This document shows, piece after piece, positions 44,560 to 53,466 of a DNA stretch of 64,000 nucleotides. The stretch is taken from the IMG/VR virus record IMGVR_UViG_3300020200_000019; one strand, written 5' to 3'. The notes beneath the pieces were generated by a model that ran no database searches, was not told the DNA's origin, and worked only from the letters and a program-made list of their open reading frames with translations. Origin of the DNA: an uncultured virus (IMG/VR IMGVR_UViG_3300020200_000019). Lineage: Duplodnaviria; Heunggongvirae; Uroviricota; Caudoviricetes. How positions within the stretch are numbered: position 1 is the first letter of the stretch; every line of letters begins with the position of its first letter. A program made the position numbers and the translations under genes.

Positions 44560-47130
44560 ATGGCCGAGCTACTGAGCGCCGGAGTCTATATCGAGGAAGT
44601 GCCCGATCAGGTCCAGGTCGTTCAGGCGGTCTCGACCTCGACGCTGGGCGCGGTGGGATTCACGCCCCGAGGACCCTCGGACAAGGCGACGTTCGTCGGC
44701 TCGTTCGAGGATTTCGTGAAGAATTTCGGTGACATTTCGCCCAAATCCTTCCTCGGCCTCAACGTGGCCGCGTTCTTCGCCAACGGGGGCAGGCGCGCTT
44801 ACATCGCGCGCGTCATGCCGTCCGACGCGGTGCTGGCGACGGGGCAGATCCGTAGCCTGACCACCGGGCAGGATCTCGGCGAGACCCCCGATGGTGCGGT
44901 CGTCACGTTCTCGAAGTCGAACGCGGCCTCGGTCCTGAAGGACAACACCGGAGCCTCGCCGATCATCGGGAAGTCCGCCACGCTGAAGTGGCGGCCCGCC
45001 GCAGCGGCTTCGGTCACCGTCAACACCAAGAAGCGTGACGGTGCGACCAACCTGACCGGGGACGGAGCCCTCACGAAGTTCGAGGGACGCCTCGATCCGG
45101 CGGACCTGGGCGCGGGCTTGTTCACCAACAACCTCCCGAACGATCCGCTGCTCCACGTCGTCGTGTCGGCGGTGGACGTGGTGCTGACCTGGGCGGTGGG
45201 GGCGCAGAACAAGACCCTCACCTTCCTGGGCGCGACGGCGGGTGACGTGGTGTCGGCATCGAACGCCGACGGATCGGGGATCTTCGACCGTCGGAGCGGC
45301 TTCTTCTCGCTCTCCACCGCTGCCGCCGTGGACAACGCGGCGGTCGTCAAGGGTTCGTACACCAAGGTCGGTACGACCCTCACCCTCACGGACGACGGGG
45401 CGGGGAACCTGACCGGCGCGGGCACCATCGACGGGGCCTACGCGAACACGGTCAACGGGATCGGCCCGAACCAGATCAGCTACTTAGGCGGTGGCTACAA
45501 CTTCAAGGTTCTGGCGAACAAGCAGCCTCACAACGGGGCGAAGGTGTACGCGACCTACACGATCGCCGCCTGGACCATGGTCCCGGTGTCGAAGGGTAAG
45601 TGGGCGAACAGCCTGCGCGTGAACGTCCATGGTGCGTCCGACTTCTACAGCACGTCGTCGGCTTCCTACTCGAAGCACAACGTCGTGGTGCAGATGAAGA
45701 ACGCCGCCACGGGCGTCTACGAGACCTTCGAGCACTTCGACGAGGTGGTGTTCGACGATCCGACCTCGGGGGTGTTCGCGCCTGACGTGGTGAACGACCT
45801 CTCGGATTTCCTCGACATCACCACGCCCGGCGGCAACGAGGCTCCCGGGGAGCTTTCCGGCATCGCGCGCGCGGTGGTGGTCGCGGGCGGGGACGAGAGC
45901 GCCGGAGGGCAGACCATCACGGTCACGCTGCCCAGCGTCCCCATCGCCGCACGCTCCCTGACCATCTCATTCACCGACAACACGGGAGCGGCGAAGACCA
46001 TCACCGACGATGGCTTGGGCAAGCTCGTCGGGGCCATCGACGCGACCGGAGCCAACACCATCAATTACGCGACGGGCGCGCTCGCCGTGAAGCTGGTGAA
46101 CCCGGCGAAGGTCGGCACGCTCGTCATCGCGACCTTCCGTACCGCGCCCGCCGAGAACAACCACGTCGAGGACTTCGGTGACATCGCGAAGGACTACGTG
46201 GCGGGGACGGACGGCACTTTCACCGCCAACACCTACGGGCGCTCGCAGTTCACCGACTCGGCGCTCCTCAAGGCGTCGAAGAAGGGTCTGTACGCGCTGG
46301 ACACGGTGGACGATATCCTCCAGGTGATCGTGCCCGACTTCGCCGGGGACGTGACCGTCACCGGGGACATCCTTGACTACGTGGACGGGCGGGCTCTCCT
46401 CCCGGCGGGCGCAGATCGGTTCGCCATCCTCACCGTCCCGAAGGGCTCCTCGGCGCAGGGCGCGGCGGACTGGTTCCGCTTCACCCTGAAGCGGTACTCG
46501 AAGTTCGCGGCCCTCTACTGGCCGTGGGTCAAGGTGGCGAACCCGAACGCAAACAACCGCTCGCTCGTCCTTCCGCCGCTCGGTCACCTCGCGGGCATCT
46601 ATGCGCGTACCGACGCGACGCGCAACGTAGGGAAGGCCCCGGGCGGGCTCACCGACGGTGCGCTGAAGTTCCTGCTCGATCTGGAAGTCACCCCGACGCT
46701 GGCGGACCGCGATCTGGTCTACCAGAACAAGGTCAACCCTCTGGTCTCCTCGGTTCGCACCGGAACGGCGGTGTGGGGCGTCCGCACCATCGCCATCGAG
46801 TCGGCATGGCGCTACATCAACGTCCGTCGCCTGTTCATGTTCCTGGAGCAGTCGGTGTTCAACTCGACGCACTGGATCGTGTTCGAGAACAACGGTCCGG
46901 CGCTCTGGGACCGTATCAATACCCAGCTTTCCGGCTTCCTCGGTGGCCTGTTCGTTGAGGGCTACTTCGCCGGGAACTCCCCCGCCGAAGCCTTCTTCGT
47001 GAAGGTGGACGAGACCAACAACACCCAGATCACCATCGACCAGGGCCAGGTGATCATCGACATCGGCGTGGCCCCGCAGAAGCCCGCCGAGTTTATCCGG
47101 TTCAGGTTCCAGCAGAAGTCGCTGACCTAG
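44560..47130 (+). CDS. Contractile tail sheath protein with beta-rich insertions
   Basis: SAGVYIEE, FFANGG, ALYWPW, VWGVRT, WRYINVRRL, FENN, PAEFI. Confidence 0.95.
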   Translation: MAELLSAGVYIEEVPDQVQVVQAVSTSTLGAVGFTPRGPSDKATFVGSFEDFVKNFGDISPKSFLGLNVAAFFANGGRRAYIARVMPSDAVLATGQIRSLTTGQDLGETPDGAVVTFSKSNAASVLKDNTGASPIIGKSATLKWRPAAAASVTVNTKKRDGATNLTGDGALTKFEGRLDPADLGAGLFTNNLPNDPLLHVVVSAVDVVLTWAVGAQNKTLTFLGATAGDVVSASNADGSGIFDRRSGFFSLSTAAAVDNAAVVKGSYTKVGTTLTLTDDGAGNLTGAGTIDGAYANTVNGIGPNQISYLGGGYNFKVLANKQPHNGAKVYATYTIAAWTMVPVSKGKWANSLRVNVHGASDFYSTSSASYSKHNVVVQMKNAATGVYETFEHFDEVVFDDPTSGVFAPDVVNDLSDFLDITTPGGNEAPGELSGIARAVVVAGGDESAGGQTITVTLPSVPIAARSLTISFTDNTGAAKTITDDGLGKLVGAIDATGANTINYATGALAVKLVNPAKVGTLVIATFRTAPAENNHVEDFGDIAKDYVAGTDGTFTANTYGRSQFTDSALLKASKKGLYALDTVDDILQVIVPDFAGDVTVTGDILDYVDGRALLPAGADRFAILTVPKGSSAQGAADWFRFTLKRYSKFAALYWPWVKVANPNANNRSLVLPPLGHLAGIYARTDATRNVGKAPGGLTDGALKFLLDLEVTPTLADRDLVYQNKVNPLVSSVRTGTAVWGVRTIAIESAWRYINVRRLFMFLEQSVFNSTHWIVFENNGPALWDRINTQLSGFLGGLFVEGYFAGNSPAEAFFVKVDETNNTQITIDQGQVIIDIGVAPQKPAEFIRFRFQQKSLT

Positions 47131-47148
47131 CGCCCGGACCTGCGGTCG

Positions 47149-47157
47149 TGGTAGGAT
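47149..47157 (+). promoter_or_regulatory. Extended -10 element
   Basis: TGGTAGGAT in the intergenic gap after the sheath. Confidence 0.45.
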
Positions 47158-47195
47158 CGGAACGCTGAAGCTGAAGAAGACCAGGGAGAGATGAA

Positions 47196-47813
47196 ATGGC
47201 GAACCTGACGATCACCAACCCCGGAGCAGCGGACATCTTCGTCGGTGACCTCTACGCGACGGTCCCCGCCGGAAAGAGCATCACGGTCGCCCGCGCCGCG
47301 AGCGACCTCCCCCGCATGGCGGGGCTCCAGAAGCTCCTCGCCGACGGGTCCGTCACCATGACGACGGCGCTCACCGCCGACGAGTCGGCTTCGGGTCTCG
47401 GTTCCTCGTCGGACGTGGTGGAGGCAGTAGACCACGCTCCGGTCGCGGCCGAGGGTCTGGGCGGGCTGCTCGTGCTCCGCAAGGCGCTGGCGGCGGGCGG
47501 CGGTGGGGCGGCCGACGACGTGACGGTCTACGCCGTCAACACCCTGCCCTTCAAGTTCCGCATCGTGGACGCATGGGGCTACATCTCGGCGGGCGAGGCA
47601 AACGGGCGCAAGATCGGCCTCTACACCCAGGCGGGAGGAGCGGGCACGCTCCTCGCTGAGGTGAACGCCGAGGCGACCGGCAAGCGCGAGCAGACGGCCC
47701 AGGTCACGGCGACCGCCGCCGTCACCCCGGCGGCGAACCTCGGTCTGTTCGCGCGACGCTCGAACAGCGCGACGGCGGGCGAGATCTTCGTGGTGCTTCG
47801 CCGCGAGTCGTAA
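47196..47813 (+). CDS. Ala/Gly/Thr-rich probable structural protein
   Basis: Highly biased codons; lies between sheath and tube. Confidence 0.65.
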   Translation: MANLTITNPGAADIFVGDLYATVPAGKSITVARAASDLPRMAGLQKLLADGSVTMTTALTADESASGLGSSSDVVEAVDHAPVAAEGLGGLLVLRKALAAGGGGAADDVTVYAVNTLPFKFRIVDAWGYISAGEANGRKIGLYTQAGGAGTLLAEVNAEATGKREQTAQVTATAAVTPAANLGLFARRSNSATAGEIFVVLRRES

Positions 47814-47854
47814 GATCTTCTGTAGCAACCCTGTCCTGATCGCAGGAGCGAGCA

Positions 47855-48376
47855 ATGGCACGCGCAGAGAGCACCGACTTCCTCCACTCGATGAAGTTCG
47901 CCGTCACCGCGACGAAGCTGGACGGCACCTCTCCCCTGGTGGGCCTGGAAGGAAGGTCCGTTACCGACCAGGGCGGCTTCTCGGCATGCACGACGCCGGA
48001 AATGACGGTGGAGGCGGTCGAGTACAAGGAGGGGACGATGATCTACACCCGGAAGTACCCGGGGAACCCCTCCATGTCCGACCTCACCCTCTCCCGAGGC
48101 GTGGCGCTAAAGGATTCGGTTTTCTGGAACTGGACCAAGCAGGTCGTCGAGGGTGTGGGTGACTATCGGGTCACCTTGGATATCCGGCACCAGCACCGAG
48201 CCGAGGCCCTATCTGGGCGCACGGTCAAGGCGGCGCGCCTCTACAAGGTCGAGGAGGCGTTCCCTATGCGCTGCAAGGTGGCCGCCGACCTCGACGCCAC
48301 GGCGTCGGAGGTGTCGATTGCCGAACTCGACATCTCCTACGAGCGTTTCGATGTGCTGATATCGAACGCTCCGTGA
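47855..48376 (+). CDS. gp19-like tail tube protein
   Basis: GFS...PE...VEYKEG, KYPG, LTLSRG, LDA..SEV.IAELDI.YE. Confidence 0.9.
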   Translation: MARAESTDFLHSMKFAVTATKLDGTSPLVGLEGRSVTDQGGFSACTTPEMTVEAVEYKEGTMIYTRKYPGNPSMSDLTLSRGVALKDSVFWNWTKQVVEGVGDYRVTLDIRHQHRAEALSGRTVKAARLYKVEEAFPMRCKVAADLDATASEVSIAELDISYERFDVLISNAP

Positions 48377-48434
48377 ACACTTCGCAGATGAAGTCTTGAA
48401 ACGCATAGTTCTCGCCTGACCTGGAAGAAGGCCG

Positions 48435-49013
48435 ATGCGCGCGGCCATTACCGATCCCCTTCAGTCCGCCCACTTCTGGCTCATGGACGTGGCTCCGGTC
48501 ACGGTTGGGGCGGTTCCTGTCTTCAGCCCGCTCATGGGCTTCTCCTCCGCGACCTCGCCGGAGATCGAGGTCGAGGTCCAGGAGATCAACGAAGGGAACG
48601 CGATCTTCAACAAGCGCACGGTGGCGAAAAACGCTAGTGTTTCCAACATCTCCCTCCAGCGGGCCGCCACCTTTCACGACGACGAGTTCTACCGCTGGGT
48701 GGTGGCCGCCGTCGGTGGGACATCCTTCTTGCCCGGAAAGCTCGGGTTTGGGGCAGGGTCGCCGCGCCGGAATCTGCTGCTCGTTCATTTTTTTCCGCGC
48801 CCTCCTCTTGGCGCGGGAAGCGCAATGGTTTCGCTGTCTCCGGCTCCTTTCGATCTGGTGGCGCGCATCCCGGCCCGAGTTTTTCTCTTGCAGGGGTGCC
48901 TTCCGATCCGCTACAAGGCTGGTTCGGATTTCGATGCCACCTCGGCTGAGATCTCAATCATGGAGCTAGACATCGCGGTCGAAGGGGTGCAACAGATCAA
49001 CCTGACGGGCTAG
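48435..49013 (+). CDS. Second gp19-like tube / tube-initiator protein
   Basis: DPL...F, GFS...PE...INEG, ISLQR, P.RYK...FDA...I...ELDI. Confidence 0.8.
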   Translation: MRAAITDPLQSAHFWLMDVAPVTVGAVPVFSPLMGFSSATSPEIEVEVQEINEGNAIFNKRTVAKNASVSNISLQRAATFHDDEFYRWVVAAVGGTSFLPGKLGFGAGSPRRNLLLVHFFPRPPLGAGSAMVSLSPAPFDLVARIPARVFLLQGCLPIRYKAGSDFDATSAEISIMELDIAVEGVQQINLTG

Positions 49014-49034
49014 CCCGGCCCGTTCATGGAACCT

Positions 49035-49050
49035 GCGATCATGTGGTCGC
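49035..49050. promoter_or_regulatory. 16-bp palindromic motif copy
   Basis: GCGATCATGTGGTCGC, upstream of the reductase. Confidence 0.7.
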
Positions 49051-49053
49051 GGC

Positions 49054-51666
49054 GTGGGGTGTGTGATGCTACACGGTCGGAATTTCCCGGAGTCATCCCC
49101 CCTCGATCCCTCTACCCCTCGCCTCGCCGCCCCCTCCCTGACCAGCCTCGGCCGCCTCATCTTCCTCGACCGCTACGCGATGAAGGACCAGGATCGCAGT
49201 CACCTTCGGGTGGGGCAGGAAGTGGTGGTGTGCCCGGACATCGAGCGGGGTCAGCGCGAGGTGGCGATGCTGCGCCAAGTAGACTATCAGGCGCGCGTCG
49301 CGGTGGTCGCTATGGACGACCTCTCCTTGGTTCAGGCCCCCTTCGATCAGATCGACTGCCCCGTCGAGGACTTCGATGGTGCCCTCCGCCGGATGGCGCG
49401 GGCGGTGGCTCAGGCCGAGAAGCCAGACCTTCGGGAGAAGTGGGAACGGGAGTTCCTTGCGCTCCTCCGCACGCTCGGCTTTGTTCCCGCCGGGCGCGTG
49501 TGGGCGGGCGCGGGCGTGGAAGAGAAGCTGACCGCGTTCAACTGCAACGTGATCCCTGCCCCCAAGGATTCTCGGTCGGGGATCGTCTGCACCCTCGATC
49601 GGATGACCGAACTGATGTCGCGCGGTGGCGGAGTGGGCATCCCCCTGATGTCGCTGCGCCCTCGTTACAACATCGTGCGTGGGGTCAACGGGAGGTCGTC
49701 AGGGTCGGTGTCGTGGGGGGAACTCTATAGCTTTACGACGGGGAAGATCGAGCAAGGCGGCTCCCGAAGGGGAGCCTTGATGCTGATCCAGTACGCCTGG
49801 CACCCCGACGTGATCGAGTTCATCCACGCCAAGCGAGACCCGACCAGGATCAAGAACGCCAACGTGTCGGTGGGCATCACCGACGCTTTCATGGATGCGG
49901 TGGCGCGCGACATTGATTGGGATCTGGTCTTCCCGGACACCTCCCACCCCAGCTACGACTCGGAGTGGGATGGTGACCTTGGGGCGTGGAAGGAGAAGGG
50001 TCGTCCGGTGGTGGTCCACAAGACCGTGCGCGCCCGGTTCCTCTGGAACCAGATCGTCGAGAGCGCCCACGCCGCCGCCGAGCCAGGGCTGTTCTTCGTT
50101 GATCGGGTGAACAAGGAGTCGAACTCCTGGTACTACGCCAGAGGGCGTATTTATTCGACAAACCCGTGTGGTGAACAACCGCTTCCTCCGTGGGCCGTGT
50201 GCAACCTCGGCCACCTCAACCTCCCTCGCTTCCTGGACGGGGACGGAATGGAGGCGCAACCCGCTTTGCTCAACAAAGCAAGGCTGCGTCAGGCGGTGCG
50301 ATCCTCTGTTCGCTTCCTAGACGACGTGCTGGATGTGGCGTTCACTCCGTACCCTGAGATGGACGACCAGCGATTCAAGGAGCGGCGGATTGGCCTCGGG
50401 ACGATGGGCCTCGCCGAGATGCTCACTCGCGTCCACATACGCTACGGCAACAACCCGGAGTGCCTGCGTTTCCTTGACGATCTCTACGGAACGATCTGCG
50501 AGGAGGCGTACCTCGCGTCCGCAGAACTCGCCGTCGAGAAGGGCTCCTTTCCCTGGTTCGACGCTGACAAGCTCCTCCAGAGCGGCTTCGCCCAGAAGCT
50601 CCCCGAACACGTTCGCCAGGCCATCCGCTCGAAGGGCCTCCGCAACGTCACCCTCATCACGCAGGCACCTACCGGGACCGTCGGAACTTTGATGGGCACC
50701 TCCACCGGCATCGAGCCGTGGGTGTGGTGGGAGTGGGATCGGAAGGGTCGCCTCGGAACCCATCGGGAGCGCGCGAGCGTGTACGAGGAGTACCTGGAGC
50801 GCCACCCGGCCTTGGCTGCGATCCGCGCCGACCTGTCCCCCGAGCAGCGCGCCAAGTCCGCTTCCGGCCTCCCTCCGTGGTTCGTTACCACCGCCGACCT
50901 CTCGCCCGGAGATCATGCCTATACCCAGGCCGCGATCCAGCGGTGGACGGACAGCAGTATCAGCAAGACCTCCAACCTCCCCGCCGACTACACCCCCGCC
51001 GAGGTCGGCGACTTCTACCGCCTCCTCTACGACCTCGGCTGCAAGGGAGGCACCGTCTACCGCGACCAGAGCCGCGCCGAACAGGTGCTCAACCTCCCCC
51101 TCTCCGCCCCCGAGCCCGCGAAGCCCCACCCGATCCTCCGGCCCGTCCCCGCCGACCCCTACGATGGCAAGGCCCAGTCGGTCGATACCCCCCTCGGGAA
51201 GGCTAGCGTCAAGCTGTTCCTCCACCCCGAGGACGGGGAACCGTTCGAGGTGTGGGTGGACGTGAGCCGGTCGGGTTCCTCGGTGGCCGCCGACAAGGAG
51301 GCGCTGGCCCGGCTCTCCTCCCTGGTCCTCCGCCTCGACTCCCCCGTGCCCGCCCGCGAACGGGTCAGCCTTCTCATCGACCAACTGGCTGGCATCAAGG
51401 GGGACGACTCCGCCGGGTTCGGCCCCGAGCGCGTCCTCTCCCTGCCGGATGGGGTCGCCAAGGCGCTCCGAAAGCTCCTGGCAGCCCTTCCCTCTCCCCA
51501 GGAAGTCCGTGCCCCCGTAGAGCCGTCCCCGCCCGCCCAGGCGCATCCTGGGACGAATGGGACACAGGCCCGCCAGTGGGCCGACCTGTGCCCGAGTTGT
51601 CACGGGGCCACCCTGCTCCGGGTGGAGGGGTGCGAGAAGTGCCCTTGTGGGTACTCCCGCTGTTGA
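49054..51666 (+). CDS. nrdJ: Class II (adenosylcobalamin-dependent) ribonucleotide reductase with a C-terminal TSCPD-like domain and Zn ribbon (start may be ATG 49066)
   Basis: PAGR, NC, GGGVG, RRGA, TNPCGE, CNLG, APTGT, SISKT; LSLPD and CPSC...C..CGYSRC; no adjacent small subunit. Confidence 0.85.
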   Translation: MGCVMLHGRNFPESSPLDPSTPRLAAPSLTSLGRLIFLDRYAMKDQDRSHLRVGQEVVVCPDIERGQREVAMLRQVDYQARVAVVAMDDLSLVQAPFDQIDCPVEDFDGALRRMARAVAQAEKPDLREKWEREFLALLRTLGFVPAGRVWAGAGVEEKLTAFNCNVIPAPKDSRSGIVCTLDRMTELMSRGGGVGIPLMSLRPRYNIVRGVNGRSSGSVSWGELYSFTTGKIEQGGSRRGALMLIQYAWHPDVIEFIHAKRDPTRIKNANVSVGITDAFMDAVARDIDWDLVFPDTSHPSYDSEWDGDLGAWKEKGRPVVVHKTVRARFLWNQIVESAHAAAEPGLFFVDRVNKESNSWYYARGRIYSTNPCGEQPLPPWAVCNLGHLNLPRFLDGDGMEAQPALLNKARLRQAVRSSVRFLDDVLDVAFTPYPEMDDQRFKERRIGLGTMGLAEMLTRVHIRYGNNPECLRFLDDLYGTICEEAYLASAELAVEKGSFPWFDADKLLQSGFAQKLPEHVRQAIRSKGLRNVTLITQAPTGTVGTLMGTSTGIEPWVWWEWDRKGRLGTHRERASVYEEYLERHPALAAIRADLSPEQRAKSASGLPPWFVTTADLSPGDHAYTQAAIQRWTDSSISKTSNLPADYTPAEVGDFYRLLYDLGCKGGTVYRDQSRAEQVLNLPLSAPEPAKPHPILRPVPADPYDGKAQSVDTPLGKASVKLFLHPEDGEPFEVWVDVSRSGSSVAADKEALARLSSLVLRLDSPVPARERVSLLIDQLAGIKGDDSAGFGPERVLSLPDGVAKALRKLLAALPSPQEVRAPVEPSPPAQAHPGTNGTQARQWADLCPSCHGATLLRVEGCEKCPCGYSRC

Positions 51667-51689
51667 TCTCCTCGTGGTAGGCTCTCTCC

Positions 51690-51896
51690 ATGTGGCAGCC
51701 CCTCGACGTGCAAGCCCTCCTCTATCGGCGTGACCAGCTTCGGGAGGCGACCTTCGCCGCCAATGTTGGTTCCTATGAGGTTCCCCTCGGAGCCGTCCTG
51801 CGACCCCCACCGTACCCATTTCCGGTGGGAGCCCAGGACGGCTACGAGATCCCCCAGGAGTACGTGAACTGCCTGATACCGTACTCGACGCGCTGA
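51690..51896 (+). CDS. Small hypothetical protein, probably leaderless
   Basis: TGGTAGGCT (51675-51683) 6 nt before ATG; ANVGSYEVPLG..LR motif. Confidence 0.55.
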   Translation: MWQPLDVQALLYRRDQLREATFAANVGSYEVPLGAVLRPPPYPFPVGAQDGYEIPQEYVNCLIPYSTR

Positions 51897-51903
51897 TCTC
51901 CTC

Positions 51904-51933
51904 TTGACCTTACTTACAATCTGAGGTAACGAT
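51904..51933 (+). promoter_or_regulatory. Probable promoter with an AT-rich operator-like spacer
   Basis: TTGACC...TAACGAT a few nt before ATG 51939; TTAC-N8-GTAA dyad in the spacer. Confidence 0.5.
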
Positions 51934-51938
51934 CCTCC

Positions 51939-52517
51939 ATGCCCGAGGATCGCTCCGAGTCTCCGAAGGTCGAGGAGGTCGCGGCTCCCATCGATCCTGT
52001 CGTCGAGTGGGAGCGCAAGGTCCGTGAACGCTTCCGGTTCCGCTGTGGGAACTGCGGCGGGAGCGACCGCCTGAAGGTGCGTATGGCGGTGCCAGAGGAG
52101 GCAGGGGGAAAGCTGGTCTCCTCGAACGGACTCCTGCTCTGCCGCCCGTGCGAGATGGCCGCCGAGACCCGTGGCCGCTCGGACGAAGATCGACGGCCCA
52201 TCAACTTCTGGGTCAGCCGGAGCCTCTACGACCGCCTTCAGAATGGGCTCCGCACTCGGGCGAAATTCCCCTCCATCGGGGCGCTGATCCGCTACCTGAT
52301 GGGCAAGTACGTCGAGGACGAGAGCCGCTTCGACGACCTCCCCCAGTACATCGAGGAAGGCTCGGACGTGAAGGTGAACTGCTGGGTGGATCGAGGAACC
52401 TACGCCTCCTTCAAGGAACGCCTGGATGCCCGAGGCATGACCGTGACCGATGCGGTCAAGGCTCTGATCGTGTGCTTCGAGACCCTTTCCGAACAGCGCG
52501 AGGAGGCCGCCGGATGA
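51939..52517 (+). CDS. Degenerate HNH-like Zn domain fused to two ribbon-helix-helix domains
   Basis: CGNC...VPEEAGG....NGLLLCRPC; INFWVSRSLYDRL...SIGALIRYL; VNCWVDRGTY...MTVTDAVKAL. Confidence 0.7.
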   Translation: MPEDRSESPKVEEVAAPIDPVVEWERKVRERFRFRCGNCGGSDRLKVRMAVPEEAGGKLVSSNGLLLCRPCEMAAETRGRSDEDRRPINFWVSRSLYDRLQNGLRTRAKFPSIGALIRYLMGKYVEDESRFDDLPQYIEEGSDVKVNCWVDRGTYASFKERLDARGMTVTDAVKALIVCFETLSEQREEAAG

Positions 52518-53311
52518 GCACCACCGAACAGATGATCGTCGAGAACCAACTGCGGGAGCCGAAGTCCTCGAAGGGGGTCTACGACCTTCCCTGTGGCTTC
52601 ATTGACGAGGACGGGGTGCTCCACGGGGAGGTGGTGGTGCGGGAGATCACGGGCGCGGAGGAGGACATCCTCGCCGCTCCCAAGATGCCTGCGGTGAAGA
52701 AGATGAACGAACTCTTCGCCCGCTGCGTCGAGCGCCTGGGGACGATCTCCGACAAGGAGAAGATCGCTGCCGCCGTCCCGAGGCTCCTGGTCGGCGACCG
52801 CGTGTTCCTGATGTTCGCGCTCCGCCGCGCCTCCCTCGGCGACGACTACCCCTTCAAGGAGAAGTGCCCGGAGTGTGAGGTGGAGGGGCTGTTCAACGTC
52901 GATCTCTCCACCATGGCCGTTCGCCCGATGTCCGACTGCAAGAAGCGGATCCATGACCTCAAGCTCCCCTCGGGGAAGGCCGTTCGTTGGCACGCCCTCG
53001 ACGGGGCGGGAGAGGCCAAGCTCCAGAACATCGCCCAGCGCGCCGACGCCCTCTCCCTCTCCGTGCTGGCTCGCCTCGACCTCCTCGACGGCAAGCCCCC
53101 CACCATGGAAGCCGTCAAGATCCTCTCCCTCAACGACCGGAACGCCCTTCGGGACGATTTCGAGGACAAGGAGGGCGGGGTGGACACGGAGACCGAGATG
53201 GCTTGCTCCTCCTGCGGGGCGGTCTTCATGCGGGACATCGACGTGGGGCAGAAGGGTTTTTTCTTCCCCTCGCGGACGCCGAAGAACTCGAAGAAGAGGT
53301 CTTCTTTCTGA
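52514..53311 (+). CDS. Tail/baseplate assembly chaperone (gp26-like, Zn-binding)
   Basis: LPCG, REITG.EEDIL, GDR.FL, CPEC, CSSC, FFFP; upstream of the tape measure. Confidence 0.75.
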   Translation: MSTTEQMIVENQLREPKSSKGVYDLPCGFIDEDGVLHGEVVVREITGAEEDILAAPKMPAVKKMNELFARCVERLGTISDKEKIAAAVPRLLVGDRVFLMFALRRASLGDDYPFKEKCPECEVEGLFNVDLSTMAVRPMSDCKKRIHDLKLPSGKAVRWHALDGAGEAKLQNIAQRADALSLSVLARLDLLDGKPPTMEAVKILSLNDRNALRDDFEDKEGGVDTETEMACSSCGAVFMRDIDVGQKGFFFPSRTPKNSKKRSSF

Positions 53312-53457
53312 TGGAGACCCTCGGGCTCGCCTACGCCGACATCATGGCGATGCCCGCGACGCGCCGCGTCCGCCTGATCCACAAGAAGCACGAACTCGAA
53401 CAGCGCCGCGCCCAGAAGCAGCGGGAGGATCTAGCCAGAGCGCGAGCGCGCAGGTAG
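53254..53457 (+). other. -1 frameshift site and trans-frame extension of the tail chaperone (G/GT-type)
   Basis: G GGT TTT TTC at 53254-53263; -1 frame reads LPLADAEELEEEVFFLMETLG..YADIMAMP..RR. Confidence 0.75.
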
Positions 53458-53466
53458 GATCTCAGC

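Noticed and set aside
49035..49050. NrdR box or cobalamin riboswitch upstream of the reductase
   Set aside because: The dyad does not match the acaCwAtATaTwGtgt register and occurs before unrelated genes; the gap of about 40 nt is too short for a riboswitch
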